Translations under genes and position numbers: made by a program
The notes under the pieces: model-generated
Told to the model about the DNA's origin: nothing
Seen by the model: the letters and a program-made list of their open reading frames with translations, nothing else
Database searches by the model: none
Assembly: GCA_021613535.1 (NCBI GenBank)
Contig: CP075493.1
Span: 7,006,001-7,070,000 of the forward strand
Length of the DNA stretch: 64,000 nt
Reading direction: 5' to 3'
Origin: Adineta vaga
Taxonomy: Eukaryota > Animalia > Rotifera
Shown here: positions 1 through 13,836 of the stretch, in pieces
Numbering within the stretch: position 1 is the first letter of the stretch
Layout of the letters: the number at the start of each line of letters is the position of its first letter

Positions 1-461
1 ATAGCACCAACAAATAAAGCAACATCAACGTCTTTAAAGGCTGTTTCTTCACTATCCGTTGGTATTGCTCCTAAATAAAAAATAGTTTTATAAAATCAAA
101 TAGATAATTTCATTCATCTATTTAATCTTACCCTTAACTAAAGGTAAACTAGTGTCTTCAATTTCCATAACGACACCTTGAAGTACGCCCATCATCGGTG
201 TAATATCGAGTAAATGAAGAATAACACTCTAAATAAATCAAAGGATTCGTCTTCAAATGAAATCATTCTAATAGCAAAGAAAGAACTCACTTGATCTTTT
301 CCAAAAACATCACCGTTACAAATTTGATGAATTAATGAATAAGCAATTTGACCGGCAGCTCCGGTAATAACAATACGAATTGGATCTTTAGTTTTCTATT
401 TAAACAGATACAAGAAAATTATTGATTTTTCTTTTTCTTTGTTTCTTACTGATGAAGACAT
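1..461 (-). CDS. MDH1: Cytosolic malate dehydrogenase, 5' part (runs off window start)
   Basis: Spliced translation MSSS|[35 protein letters not shown]...[25 protein letters not shown]...[13 protein letters not shown], the MDH1 Rossmann motif; ~55 nt GT-AG introns. Confidence 0.95.
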
Positions 462-755
462 AATTTGTTTCTAGTTATGTAAAAATCTAAAAGTTAAATG
501 AATTTTAAAGTGATAGAAGAAAAAGTATATACGATGGTTATTTATAGAAGAAATGGAGTAAATATAATTCGTACCTAGAAGAAATACACAAGGCAAAAAG
601 CGGCGAGAAAGAGAAAACGAAATTATTTTACAAATGATCTTGATTGGTTTTTGTATCAACCAATAAATGAATCTGTTGCATCGAGCACAAGCTAACTGAA
701 ATATGTTGGTCTATCTTATTCATCGGTCTGTGTTTTTCTTACAAACAATGAACTA

Positions 756-1367
756 ATGATCAATGTCAATTTTATTCTCCTACTTTTCATCCAACTATTT
801 GGTTTAATTACTAGTCAAAATCGCTTTCTTAGTCTTACTCCATGTCATCAAGTGTCAATTGAATCTGTTGATTGCACACTAACATCAGATTGTAAATATG
901 GTGAAGAACTTTCCGCTTCATGTCGAATGTTAAATGGTTCATGTTTAAATACAAATCAAAAACCTGTTTCTTCATTTCAACGTTCATATATATGTCGATA
1001 TTGTTATCAAATCTCATTGGATGAATTAGCTTGCACACCAAATATTGCTTGTCGTCATCATCAAAATTCTAATCGTTACAAATCAAATTGTACAATTGCT
1101 GATGAAACACAACTTTGTTTAGGTTCAAGGACATTCTATAGAAATATTGAATGTAATTGGACGAGTGGTTATAAGAAATGGAATGCTTTATTATTAAGTA
1201 TTTTCGTTGGTGGCCTTGGTTTTGATCGATTCTATTTAGGACATATTAAAGAAGCTTTTGGAAAAATATTTTCATTTGGTGGTCTTGGTATTTGGACATT
1301 AATTGATTCAGTATTGATTGCTTGTGGTTATTTAACACCGGATGATGGCTCAGTCTATATCGAATAA
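756..1367 (+). CDS. TM2D3: TM2 domain-containing protein (TM2D3/almondex-like), single exon
   Basis: Signal peptide, Cys-rich ectodomain, then CNWTSGYKKW..LLSIFVGGLGFDRFYLG..GKIFSFGGLGIWTLID..GYLTPDDGSVYI. Confidence 0.9.
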   Translation: MINVNFILLLFIQLFGLITSQNRFLSLTPCHQVSIESVDCTLTSDCKYGEELSASCRMLNGSCLNTNQKPVSSFQRSYICRYCYQISLDELACTPNIACRHHQNSNRYKSNCTIADETQLCLGSRTFYRNIECNWTSGYKKWNALLLSIFVGGLGFDRFYLGHIKEAFGKIFSFGGLGIWTLIDSVLIACGYLTPDDGSVYIE

Positions 1368-1660
1368 AATCAATGAACCTATTTTTGTTATTTGTAAATA
1401 AGTTAAAACGAACTTTTTTTTATTGTAATCTTTCTTTTCCTAAGAAATAGAGAGAATATGATAATTAGACAAAGCATACATTCGTTAATATCATTGCATT
1501 GCATCCATCTACATGTAAGTACTGATAGCAAACATCTAACAAATACACGATTTACATCGATGCTTAATAAAATGCTAAGATTATCATTTATGAATATCTA
1601 TATCAATATGGTGTTGAAAGCTTGTTTGTTTTTTTAAATTTATTATTGATTCTTTCAGAT

Positions 1661-2002
1661 ATGTCTTTAAACAATGAATCCATCCCACGTAATAAACCAT
1701 TTGCACGTGATATTGATCCTCAACGTATACGAATGCCTATCAACGATTCTCATATTCTGAATTTGCCTCCTCCACCACAACCAACAACAACCTACTCATC
1801 ATTTACTGTTCGTCCATCAGCAATACCAGGCAATTTCAATATTCCACCACCACCACCACTCTCTGTCTCAACATCTTCTATGCTTAACGATACAATGTCA
1901 ACATTTAATAAAGAACGTTTACATGATGTTTTACAACAAGGTCTCGGCACATATGTATATATTGAACATTTTGGTCTTGTTCCCAAATTAAATCATTTCT
2001 AA
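1661..2002 (+). CDS. Small proline-rich hypothetical protein (~113 aa)
   Basis: Acceptor-like ctttcag at 1652-1658 just before ATG; coding-like composition; two LPPPP/IPPPPP tracts; no recognised domain. Confidence 0.45.
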   Translation: MSLNNESIPRNKPFARDIDPQRIRMPINDSHILNLPPPPQPTTTYSSFTVRPSAIPGNFNIPPPPPLSVSTSSMLNDTMSTFNKERLHDVLQQGLGTYVYIEHFGLVPKLNHF

Positions 2003-2175
2003 ATCTTCTTCATTCTTCTTCATTGAAAAGATGAGGAAAAAAACAGTAACACAGATATTCTTTTTACAATCACAAAAAGACTAGATGAGAAAAAAAAGAA
2101 ACCTAATACTGACAAATAATCACAAATGAATGCTTCTTTCTTGTGTTATGTAAAAAAAGAAATACTAATTCTTAA

Positions 2176-5170
2176 CTAATAACTAATATTAAATGCTCGT
2201 ACACATCCAGCTAGATAACATGAAACATAAAATTGTGTACCGGCACGATTTGTACATATACCTGATGGTCGTTTGATATGTTCGTTTAATTTCAATGCCG
2301 TTTTATATTCACCATTCGACGAAAAGATCTACATAAATTTCAATATTTATCTATAGAATCAAACAATTCATGTATATTACTTGTATTCGATCATTTTTAC
2401 TATCAGCACTTATAATATTTCCACCAGAATCAACAAATAAACCTGACGGATCAATCATTTGACCATTTCCTCGTCCTTGACCACCAAATACAGTTGTACA
2501 AGAAAATTCAAATTGATTACGAATTGTTGTTCCATAAATTAAACTACGACCTATTATAAATAATCTTCTCTTCTCTTTTCTATTCTATTCTATTCTATGA
2601 AAATCAATTGTTCTTACCAAGATCAGCAATATATATATTATCATTATGTACAGCAAGAAAACGTGGTTTACTATTCGTGTCTGGTAGAATTTTTCCATCA
2701 ATATGACTGATATTTTGTTGTTTTAATATCTCGTCTGATTCTTTATTAATAACAATATGTTGTTCAAATACTAGTTGACGATTATGTGGATCAAATAATA
2801 GTAATCGACTATTTTCAGCTGTTTTATTATCTGTTGCTTTTGATTCGATCGTTAATAAATAACGATCACGAAACATAGCAATACCTAGTTAAGAAGAGAT
2901 ATCTATGAAATTACATGTCGAATTTTTGATTCAAAAACAAACCATATAGTTGTTTAATAGAAGGATGACCGATCGTTTGTATCAAACGACCATCTGGTTC
3001 AGTTATATAAATATGTTCCCGTTCAACAATCAATATATTATCACGTATATTAGACATCACAGCACTTGGACGATGCAATTTCATTTGCTAAAATGATACA
3101 AAACAAAAAAAATTGAATTGTAAATTCTTAGTTATTGAGGATGTAAATCGTATTTCATACTTGATTACTAGTAATTGTATGTTTCAGTTGACCTGTTTGA
3201 ATATCAAATAAACGAACACTCTGTGAATTACGATGAACATCGCATGAAAGTAATGTTAATTCATCATATGATAAACCAACACCAATGGGTAAACATGTAG
3301 CTTGTGAACCATTTTGTGGTGTTCCATATGTCATATATAGATCACCACGTAATGAAGGGCGATCTAAAATTAATTTACGACGAGAATGAATTAATTTAAA
3401 ATCAAATTACTTTGTTTTTTCCCAAATTCTTGTATATATTCATCAGTTATATGTGAATTAACCATGGCTGTTGTATAATTAAGATGTGATTGTTCAGGAA
3501 TGATGGAAAGTTCATATTTAACTGGATGCCAACTATATTATGAATGATATTAATTATCTCTCTCTATATATATATATGTATATTATTAGAATTTTTTATT
3601 TTACCATGCATCAGCCACGCCTCGATCAGTAAAACATGGGTCTAGATAATATTGTCGTCCTTTCTCAATGCTCCATTCATCGTCATCCCTAGATAAAAAG
3701 AAAACAATATTATGCAGAATAATGATGATTATTTATCTCTGTAGTTACATTGTAGGTGTACCGGATATTATATATGGTTTTGGTGTATTACCAAATTGAA
3801 TACTACCTTCATACACTGATGTCGGTGTATCTATATTACGTTCATGGTGAACATAATGATCATCATTACTAATTAGATTCGTTTTTGCTGACAAATATTG
3901 ATTCTCAGACAATACGGTATTTTGATCTATGATGTCTGTTGTTGACGTAAATTGACGTGGCGGAAAAGCAGCAAGTGTTGCTATTGGTTTCTTTATAGGC
4001 TGAGTAGTTCTATCGGTTATTTCATATTCGTTTGAAAAGGAAACAGTCGATATCGGTCGTGATACTGATGATGATACTACATTTGTCTCTGTTGATATTG
4101 GTAATGAAGTAACTGTTAGATTTTTCATTTGATTCATAAGTTTTGTTGTAATTGATGTTGTTGTCAATGGAAGAGGAGGATCTGATATGGATTGAGAAAA
4201 TACTGTAGAAGATGGTGGTGGTGGTGGAAGATTAAAAGTCGTTGTTGTTTCTTTCGAAATAGTAGTACTCTGATATCCATTTGTATGACCATTGTATTTG
4301 TATGAATCTATATCATACACAATAAAAGTCAATAATTTATCGAGTCTTAAATCAGTAGAAAAATTCTAATGTCACTTTTATTAACTGAACTATATTTTCC
4401 AATAATACATCTACAAGCATAGTACCTGTCTTTTGGATTGGTATTGTTGTATCCAGATCATGAGTCAATGATAAAGCTTCCACTTCAACTGGTAGAGAAT
4501 TAATCTTTTGAAGATTGGTTAATACTGCTAAAAAAAAGTGAAGGATTGATGAATAAGAAATTTTTTTAATTCTTCAAATACCTGACATATTTTTATACAT
4601 ATTTGTATACGACGTATTATCGTTATCTATTCGAATGAGACAGATAATATATAGTTATGTATTGCGACAATTAACTAATTACTTTGTTGTTGAATAATTG
4701 CTGAAAGACTTCGATGAATTGATTCAAGTGCTTGAGATGATTGTCGAATAGTATCAGGCTCAAGCCAAGTGAAACATTCATCAATAGAATCTTTTAGTTT
4801 TTCTTTAAAAACGAATTAATAACGGTAATAAATCATAAGATGTTTGTATCAACTCACTAGCAAATTGTTGAATATCATCATAGATCAATTCTGAATCTGG
4901 TGCAAAGCGAATAAACGTTTGCGTCAAAGATAGTAAGATATTAAATGTATCTTGTGGATTACTATGTAGTAATACTCGGCAATCTTCAAGAGCTGGTTGA
5001 AGAAAAGTATTCACAGCATAAGCAAATGGATGAATTCTGTATGAAAAGAAAAATCTTCTATTAAATATAGATTCGAAATTAAAAGATCATTCTTACTGAT
5101 GAGCAAGAAATCTAAATAAGAGTAGTTTAGGTCGATCAAAACTTTTCGACGATGATGTATTTTGTTTCAT
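2176..5170 (-). CDS. Multi-exon protein with helical N-terminus, Ser/Thr/Pro linker and C-terminal NHL-repeat beta-propeller
   Basis: NHL repeat [36 protein letters not shown]; further repeats RPSGICTN and [18 protein letters not shown]; ATG at 5170, TAG at 2176. Confidence 0.75.
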
Positions 5171-5470
5171 GATTGAGTGAATATAAATGAGAAACAAAAA
5201 CGAATTGTCTATTTATCGTCCCTCACATTTTTTACCCATTTTTCAAATCCAATCGTATTTTCTATAGTAAATCTATTGTTCATATATACTATGTGCGACA
5301 TCTTGTATGTTGAGATAAAGATTTTATTTATAATTTGTGATGTGAACAAATCCACAAATTCATACAGTATTTATCAAATATCTGACAAAAAATCCATGAA
5401 AAAATGACACAAAAAAGTATGTACAATCAAAGAAAAACAGAGAAAAGTTTTTATTTTGTAAAGTTCATGA

Positions 5471-8400
5471 TCAACTCAAAGACGATGTTGTACGAGGAAC
5501 AGTCATTGAATTGAATGTATCAATTGATGTTATAGGAAGTTGTTGAAGTAAAAGATGACCCTGATTAGTATTGATATTGGGTTCTGGTTGAAAAGTTAGA
5601 GAACGATCAACCAATTTAACCTAAAAGAAATGAATACGAATGATTTGACAAAGCTTGACAACAAAAATGTAATTAATTACGTCAGGTTTTGTTGCATTGG
5701 TAGCTTCTTTTGGGCTAGGTAATATATTCATTGGCAAAGCGTTCAATAGGACATTATTTCGTTTGATCTTATGTGGACTTTTAACAAGACGAGACATAAT
5801 TCCTGTTCGTACTGGACTACATTTTGTTGCTGATGAATCATTGAGAGAGAGAACTTTGCTACCTGATTCGTTAGTAGTGACTATCTCGCTATGACTTGGA
5901 CTTGATGTAGATGATACTGGAAGTCGATAAGCACTGAGATTTTCATTAGAACTTGTATGATTAGAATGTAAAGGACTTGATGTATTCTAGAGAGAGAGAG
6001 AGATAAAATCAATGATAGGCTTTTTTCCTTACAGATTTTTTATCTAATACTTTTGAAGATTCTGTATGTTGTTGTTCTGCTGATAAAGGAAATCCACCAG
6101 ATAACATCGAATGATGAACTTGAGTTTGTTGTTGTTGTTCGTGAATCATATAAGGTGATTTAATTGGATCATTTGATAGTCGAACTAAGTTTTCTTGTGA
6201 CTGTATTTGTCGTAATGGTGCTGATGAGATACTATCTACCATATGATCTGATTGAGTTCGTTGAAGTCCTTTGACATCAGATGCTTCGGAATCTGACCGA
6301 GGTGTTACTGGTTGTTGTCGACGAAATCTTGCCACAACTACATTTGAATCATCAGATTCTCCATTTTCATCATATGCACGAAGTTTGATTTTATATTCTC
6401 CTTCATCCCGAATGCAATCAATGACAGTTTCAAATTTTCCTGGATCGACTGAACCTTTAAATACATCATCGATATAGATTCGATAACCATGAATGGCACG
6501 TTGTTCATTTAACGGATTAGGTGTCCAATGAAGAAAGAAACTTTTTGTATCACGTTTGGATATATGTGCACGTAAAGGTGGATGTAAAATATAAGATTTA
6601 ATATTTAAACGAGATTCTAAATCACGTAAACGACGACTAAGTGAACGATTTTCTTCAAGAAGTTTTTCCGTTTCACGTTGATGAGTTGTATTTTGAGTTT
6701 CAAACTAAAATATTTACATAATGTTCATGAAGTTTCATGATAAGTTTTCTCTCACCGATTTCCAAAGTGTTGCTAATGCCGATGTTTGTAATTCTGTTGT
6801 TTTCGTAAATCGTTCATGAAGATTGAGATATCTATTGTTAATAGAGATTGAGTTTTTTTTTTCTTCCAAGAAAATTATCGAAATGAAACTTACGCTTGAA
6901 GAACTGATGTTCGAACTGATTCGATCGATGTTGTTAATTTTGTTAATTCAGCTGTATTCTCTCGAATAGTAGTAGGGTTCTGTGTTGACAATAATGGATT
7001 GATTGGAGCGGATTTTAATTGCAATTCATTCTCATCACCATCATCATGATTATTATTATCTATTAGAGTCATCATGGATATAAATCTTAATAATCTGATT
7101 AGAAAATACATACGATGCTTATGATCATTGGAAGTAATCTGCTGTTCATGCTTTGCTCGAAGTGCTGATGTACGTCGATGTGGAGGATCTGATAAATTAA
7201 ATGTATCAGCAGCAATAGTATGACGTTTTGTTCGATCTTGTTGACCTAAAAGATGATTATAATATTTTAATATAGTTTTGAAGTTTCATAATTACGTGTC
7301 GCAAGATTTTTATTTGCATGTGGACGCATATGTACTTGCATGGCTGTGGATACGATAGGGCCACGATTTGTCGTTCTTGGTGAATATTTATTGGCATTAT
7401 ATGCTAAATGACTTGATGTTCGTTTTGATTGTTGTGAATTAGTAGAAGATCGTGGTCGAGAAATGCTCGCTTCATCACTCGAATGATTATCAACAGGATA
7501 TTGATTTAATTTCGATTGAAGCATATTTTGATCGAGTGGTTTTATCGGTCGATTATCATAGTCACTATAACGATTATATGAATTATGATCAGAATGATTT
7601 GAATCATCGTGATGACTGATTGAACGAATATATTTAGGACTTGGTGTTCGAATTTGTTGGTCAGAATTGGGAACTGTTGTTTTTCGATGTTCAGTTAAAA
7701 TAATTGGTTCATTTATTGTTGACACCGATGATGATGGACTTAGTTTTCGAAATTCCGATTCCGATAGGAGTAAACTTTGTTGTAATTTAGCTGGTTGATC
7801 TGAAGATATTTAATTTTGGTATATATTTGAAAAAATAATCGAAGAAATTTTCTAACCTTTCGAGAATGTTTCATTTGCATCTTTCATAGTGTCTGTTGTT
7901 TTTATAGAGATTTCATCGATATCACCATTGTGTCGATATAAATCCTGTTGAAACATAATTCGTGATAGATGAAGATCATCTCTCTATATGAAGATACTCA
8001 TTAAAACAAATCGTAAATTCAAAATAATAAAATTGTTTACTTCATCAGCGTTAGTTCCACAAATTTTGATTAAATATTGAACTAGTTCATAATGATCTCC
8101 AGGTCGAAATGATCGTCCTTTTCCTTGACTTAATAACCATTCTGCTTTTAAACTAAATAAATTATTCTTAAAATCAACAAATTTATTTTCCTATGTCAAT
8201 TAACCTTTCTTTTCTCGTTATAAATGTTCCATCTAGATTTTGAATTGTTAAGCACCAATTCAAAATATATGGACGATAATCAAATGGTTGATGATAACCA
8301 TGTCGATCATTGATGATAAATAAACATGGATTATCATGAATATAGAATGTATTTAAATCGATTAATTGTGTTAAATAGGAAATCTAATCAACGATAAAAA

Positions 8401-9328
8401 TAGGTGGAATTTTAAAATAATCGTTAAAAATTACTTCGCTTAAATCTTTTATTTCATTGTCTGAAATCACAAGTGTATGAATTGATTTTGGCCAATAACG
8501 AGGCGCGAATGCCAATGTATCGATGAGATTTTTATGTAAATTTAGATACTAGAAAGGAAAAATAAAGTAAATACGATATGTTTGAACGAGTTATAAGAAG
8601 AAAAGATTTCTTTTCTTTTTAAATTTTCTCGGAATGAAAAAATAAACAAAATATGATCTTACCTTAAGTGCTGTAAGATGTGATAAATCTTCGATTTGAC
8701 GAATAGAATTATCGCTAGCATCCAATGATTGTAACGAATGACAAGCATCTAAAACACCTATATTATGAATATTATTGCCGGCAATATTAAGCATGATCAG
8801 ATTTGGTAATGATTTTAGACCTGAATAAAAGATAAAAGAGATTTATGCAATTGGATAGTGACGAAAATGTCATTACAATCGATAGAATCAAGAGAATTGT
8901 TGGATAAATTCAATTTTTGTAGTGTTTTCAAACGACCGATTAGACGAATATCAATCAATCGATTGTGAGAAATTGATAACTAAAATTCGACATGAATGCT
9001 TGCAAATGATTCATAATAAATTTCTTACTTGAATCAGATGTGTTAAAACATCTAACTGTTCAACTTTTGTGATATCATTATGATCAAGTAGAACAACATT
9101 GAAATTTATATTATTTGGAAGTTTGTCGATTTTCCGTAAATTTTTCGACGATAAATCAAGACGTGTTAAATGTTGATCAACTAAACGATCATCAATAGAA
9201 AAATTTAAAGGTTGATAGGTAGGATTTGACATAGGTGTTGATCTTGGAGACATGGATTCATTTGGCCAATGAATAGTCGTTGCTTGTTCTTGCCGTGCAG
9301 GCACTGGTCGATGTTGAGCGATTTGCAT
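5471..9328 (-). CDS. CEP97: Centrosomal protein 97-like: LRRs, coiled coil, FN3-like domain
   Basis: N-terminal LRRs then [50 protein letters not shown], matching the CEP97 LRR-cap region. Confidence 0.85.
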
Positions 9329-10127
9329 TTGAAATAGTTTTGAAACTGAGAATGCACGAGAATATTCTACATGACGATTGTTTTAAATAGAGTGGGAGTA
9401 AAAGATTCTTTTAAGTAACGATTGAGTAATTGATTTTCTTGTTCTTTAGTCATCTATATATCTTTTTTCTTCGTTCTTTTCTTTCCTCGTTAAAGTTCAG
9501 TTCTTTGTTGTAGACATTTTTTCAAGTACAAATTACCATAGAAACCGTGATAAATGATGAGAATCATTCGTTTACGATTGGTATAGAATGAAAATCTCAG
9601 AATTTCAAATCGAAAACATCATTTTATTAAATACAAAATTCAAGAAGTTTCATTATAGATGACATTATTAATCATTCGATACTGACAATAGAAATACGAC
9701 GTCTTTATTTACTGAACGACTAAATATATCAATTTAAAAGATTGATACCATACGCCATCTATGTCAATTATACTTTTCGCATTATATCCACTATAAGAAT
9801 TTTCCTACGAAGAAGCGAATTTTTAGGGATATTTCTTTCTAATATATTCAAAAAAAAATTGTCTATATCATTGCTTTTATTTTCTCCGAATACTTTCTTT
9901 TGAAAGGTTGTTCAGTAATCGATTCAATAATTTTCCTCAAATCCTCTCCATTGATGGTATTGACCAACCCAATTTGAAAGAACGAAATATATAAAGCCAA
10001 GTTTAAAGGCCGGCCATCTTGATCATTTTCATCATAGACGGTTTTTGTTTGTCTCTTACTCGTAATTTTATTGTGTTTGCGTCATTCATACAAACTTCAT
10101 TCTTTTTACTCATTTCATTGCAGGAAG

Positions 10128-10808
10128 ATGACTGAATTTTGGAAATCGGGCGAAAAACATTTCTGTACATTTTGTAAATGTTGGTTAGCTGGAAATAAAA
10201 TTAGTATCAATCTACATGAAAGTGGTAATCATCATAAGAGTATGGTTCGAGCAAAAGTCGAACAACTACGGAAGGCAAGTGTAGAAAAAGAACGTGAAAG
10301 TAAACAATTTAATGAAACATTAGGAAAAATAGAACGTGCTGCTAATGAATCATATCGTCGAGATATGGCTAATAATGCAATAACAACAGCAAATAGTAGT
10401 CAACAAGGTATTTCGACATCATCCGATGCAAATCTTCCATCAAAACTTAAACGACCTGCCAATGAACCTATACAAATACAAATGAAAAAACCTAAATTTA
10501 TTATTAAAACTCCAACACCAAAACCAGTCTATGAACCAATTGATACACCTTCGGAAAGTGAAACGAAAGTACCGGAAAAAGAAGAAATACCAAAAGTTGA
10601 AGAATCAGTAACAAGTAAAAATGTTCCGGAAGAAAAGCAAGAGCCCGTGATAGATAATAATGATACTGGTGAAGGTATTTGGTATGAATCGAAGACTGCT
10701 AATCAAGAATCATTCTATTGGAATGATACAACTGGCGAATCGACTTGGACACCACCTGCTGTATATCTTTCTATTGAAAAACAACGAGCAAAAGGATTAA
10801 ATGTTTGA
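10128..10808 (+). CDS. WBP4: WW domain-binding protein 4 (U1/matrin zinc finger + WW)
   Basis: MTEFWKSGEKHFCTFCKCW..HESGNHH zinc finger; WW domain WYES..FYWNDTTGESTWTPP; true start likely ATG 10128. Confidence 0.88.
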   Translation: MTEFWKSGEKHFCTFCKCWLAGNKISINLHESGNHHKSMVRAKVEQLRKASVEKERESKQFNETLGKIERAANESYRRDMANNAITTANSSQQGISTSSDANLPSKLKRPANEPIQIQMKKPKFIIKTPTPKPVYEPIDTPSESETKVPEKEEIPKVEESVTSKNVPEEKQEPVIDNNDTGEGIWYESKTANQESFYWNDTTGESTWTPPAVYLSIEKQRAKGLNV

Positions 10809-10933
10809 AATAAAATTTTTGTTGTTTTCGTATTTCATAGTCTATGTAAAAGAATTGTTGATATATATTCTCATTTGTAAATTTCAGATAGAAGAAAATC
10901 TTCATTCAATTAATTTACTTTAAAAACTAAACC

Positions 10934-13303
10934 ATGTCGAATGATGCACGTAAGAAAAATTATAAAAATGCAGGACTTGATAGTGATGAAATACGTAAAC
11001 GACGTGAGGATCTTAATATTACACTACGAAAACAAAAACGTGAAGAACAAGTATGAAATAAAATGAATGAAATAGTTCAAGTTCTTATTCATTCACTTGT
11101 TTTAGCATTTCAAACGACGAAATTTAGCTAGTACTGATGAACAAGAAACATCAGCAACAGTCGGTGTACCTACTGCTGGTACTTCACCAACAAAACCTTC
11201 CGAACCGGTAAGAATATATTTTTTTTCTTTTACTTTTATTTATCTATTATTTCAGGTTATTACTAGCCAAATGGCAGCAGCATTATATGGTAATGATTCT
11301 CAACAAATGCTTGAAACAACGATACGTTTTCGAAAACTACTTTCAAAAGGTTTGCCTCAATTTTATGAAATGACACAATTCATTCGATATCATCGTTTTA
11401 TCATTAGAGCCTAATCCACCTATTGATGAAGTTATTACAGCTGGTATAGTTCCTCGATTTGTTGAATTATTACAATATCCACACTACCAAGTTCAAGTAG
11501 GTGTCGAAGAAATGTTATCGATTATTTTGGAAGATTCTTCTTTTTCTGTCTATTTAGTTTGAAGCAGCATGGGCTTTAACAAATATTGCATCGGGTAATT
11601 CGAGTCAAACAAAATATGTTATTGATGCTGGTGCTGTACCTGTTTTTGTTCAACTTTTGAATAGTCCGAATGAAGACGTTCAAGAACAAGTAAGTTTTTA
11701 ATTCAACCAACTTTTGTCTCTCTTCGACATTAAAGTCTTTCTATTTTTGTAGGCTGTTTGGGCTCTTGGTAACATTGCTGGCGATAGTCCTGAATGTCGT
11801 GATTATGTTCTTGATACGGGTATACTTCAACCATTATTGAAGTAAATATATATTGATCTGCACAATAAATATTTCATTGTTTTGTTCTTTTCCTCCTAGT
11901 ATCTTTGCTCGTCATACTCGTTTGACAATGATACGTAATGCTGTCTGGTGTTTATCGAATTTATGTCGTGGTAAAAATCCAGCAGTTGATTTCAATAAGG
12001 TAGGATTTGTCACTGTTAAAAGAAAAATATGCAAATATTTTGTGTTTGCAATATTTAGGCTGCTCCAGCATTACCAGCTCTCAATCAACTTCTTCATAAT
12101 CCAGATCCAGATATCCTAGCTGATACTTGTTGGGCTATTTCATATTTGTCGGATGGACCTAATGAAAAGATTCAGGCTGTTATTCATGTCATCGATATTC
12201 GACGACTTGTAGAACTTTTAGCGTAAGTATTCATTCGAGTGAAACGAATTATATTTAACAAATTTTATTTTATTTCTTTTAGACATCCGGTTTTAAATAT
12301 TCAATCATCTGCTTTACGTGCTGTTGGCAATATTGTTACTGGTGATGATCATCAAACACAGGTAATGAGTATAATAAATGGAAGAAATTCATGATATTCT
12401 GTTTGTTTTTCAATAGGCTGTTCTTGATGCAGGTGTTCTTCCTCATCTATTGACATTATTACAAAGTCAAAAAGAATCTATTAAAAAAGAAGCATGTTGG
12501 ACATTATCCAATATTACAGCTGGTGTTCAAACCCAAATTCAGGTAAATATTAACGCAAATAAGATAATTGAAAGAATTGATCTAACCACACTTCAGAGAA
12601 GTAGGAGATCAAAAAGATAATCGCATCTCGACGATAAAATTTCATTCATCATTTTGTTTTCTTTTAGGCTCTTATTGATGCTAATATTATTCCAACATTA
12701 CTCAATATCCTTAAACATGGTGATCATAAAACACGCAAAGAAGCCGCATGGGCTATAACGAATGCAACATCAGGTGGTACACCACAACAAATCAAGTAAA
12801 ATTCTTCTTTCCAATGAAAATTTCTTTTTTCTTATCCAATTTTTTTCCTCGTTAGATACATTATTGATCAAGGTGTCATTCCTCCTATATGTGAATTATT
12901 GAGTGTAGCTGATGCTAAAATCATTCAAGTGGCTTTGAATGGCCTTGATAATATTCTTAAATTAGGCGTTGCTGAAGCAAAACGAACGAATGGGCCTAAT
13001 CCGTATGCAATTATGATCGAAGAATGTTATGGTTTAGACAAAATCGAATATCTACAAAGTCATGAAAATATTGAAATCTATCAAAAAGCTTTTCATTTGA
13101 TTGAAACATACTTTGGTGCTGATGAAGATGAAAATAATCCCACGGTAAAAAAGCACATGAAATATTCTTCTGTTTACTATGTCTGGACTCCCCTTTTTTT
13201 TTCATTATAGCAAGGAGAGTCTCATCCATTTGAATTTGGTACATCAGCAACTATGAATGGTCAAAGCAATCCGACTAATCCACAAGGTCAATTTCAGTTT
13301 TAA
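10934..13303 (+). CDS. Importin subunit alpha (alpha1/KPNA1-6 type), multi-exon
   Basis: [24 protein letters not shown]; ARM repeats [54 protein letters not shown]; ends GQFQF*. Confidence 0.95.
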
Positions 13304-13836
13304 ATCGCGTCAAATGATGAAGAAAAAGCAAAATAAACAAATTCGTTGGACATATTCTATTTTTTTTAAACTTGAGAAACTTCTTCTTCTTCTTTTTCTT
13401 TTTCTTCTTCTGTCTAAATATCTTGTCATCATAAACGAAAAAAGTAATTGCATTTTTCCGACATGAAATTTTTCGTTTTTTCTTTCTATTGCCGGTGATG
13501 TATGTTTATTTTCTTCTTTTCGGATTCCAACAGGAAATGAATAATGATGATGATGACAAGTATAATGACGATTCTTTTTTCTCTATCCTTTTTTTTGTTC
13601 AAATCATGTATGAATAAGTTAACATCAAGAAAGAGAAAAAAAATCATACGCGTATAAATGTTCTTGTAATAAACACACACACACACATGAGAGAAAACGA
13701 AATCTTATTTTTGTGAAAAATGACGCAGAATATTTGTTATCAGTTAAATTGAAGAAAAGAATGAAAAGAAAAAGAAATCTTATACTTCTAGATTTTGATA
13801 GTCAAGAAAAAGACGAACGACTGCTATATAGACAAT

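Noticed and set aside
10011-10021. YY1-like CAAGATGGCCG (minus strand) upstream of WBP4
   Set aside because: Single occurrence; cannot be distinguished from a variant of the YAGATGKCR motif or chance.
10062-10123. Acceptor just before the WBP4 ATG as a trans-splice site
   Set aside because: A GTAATT donor 62 nt upstream makes an ordinary 5'UTR cis-intron equally likely.
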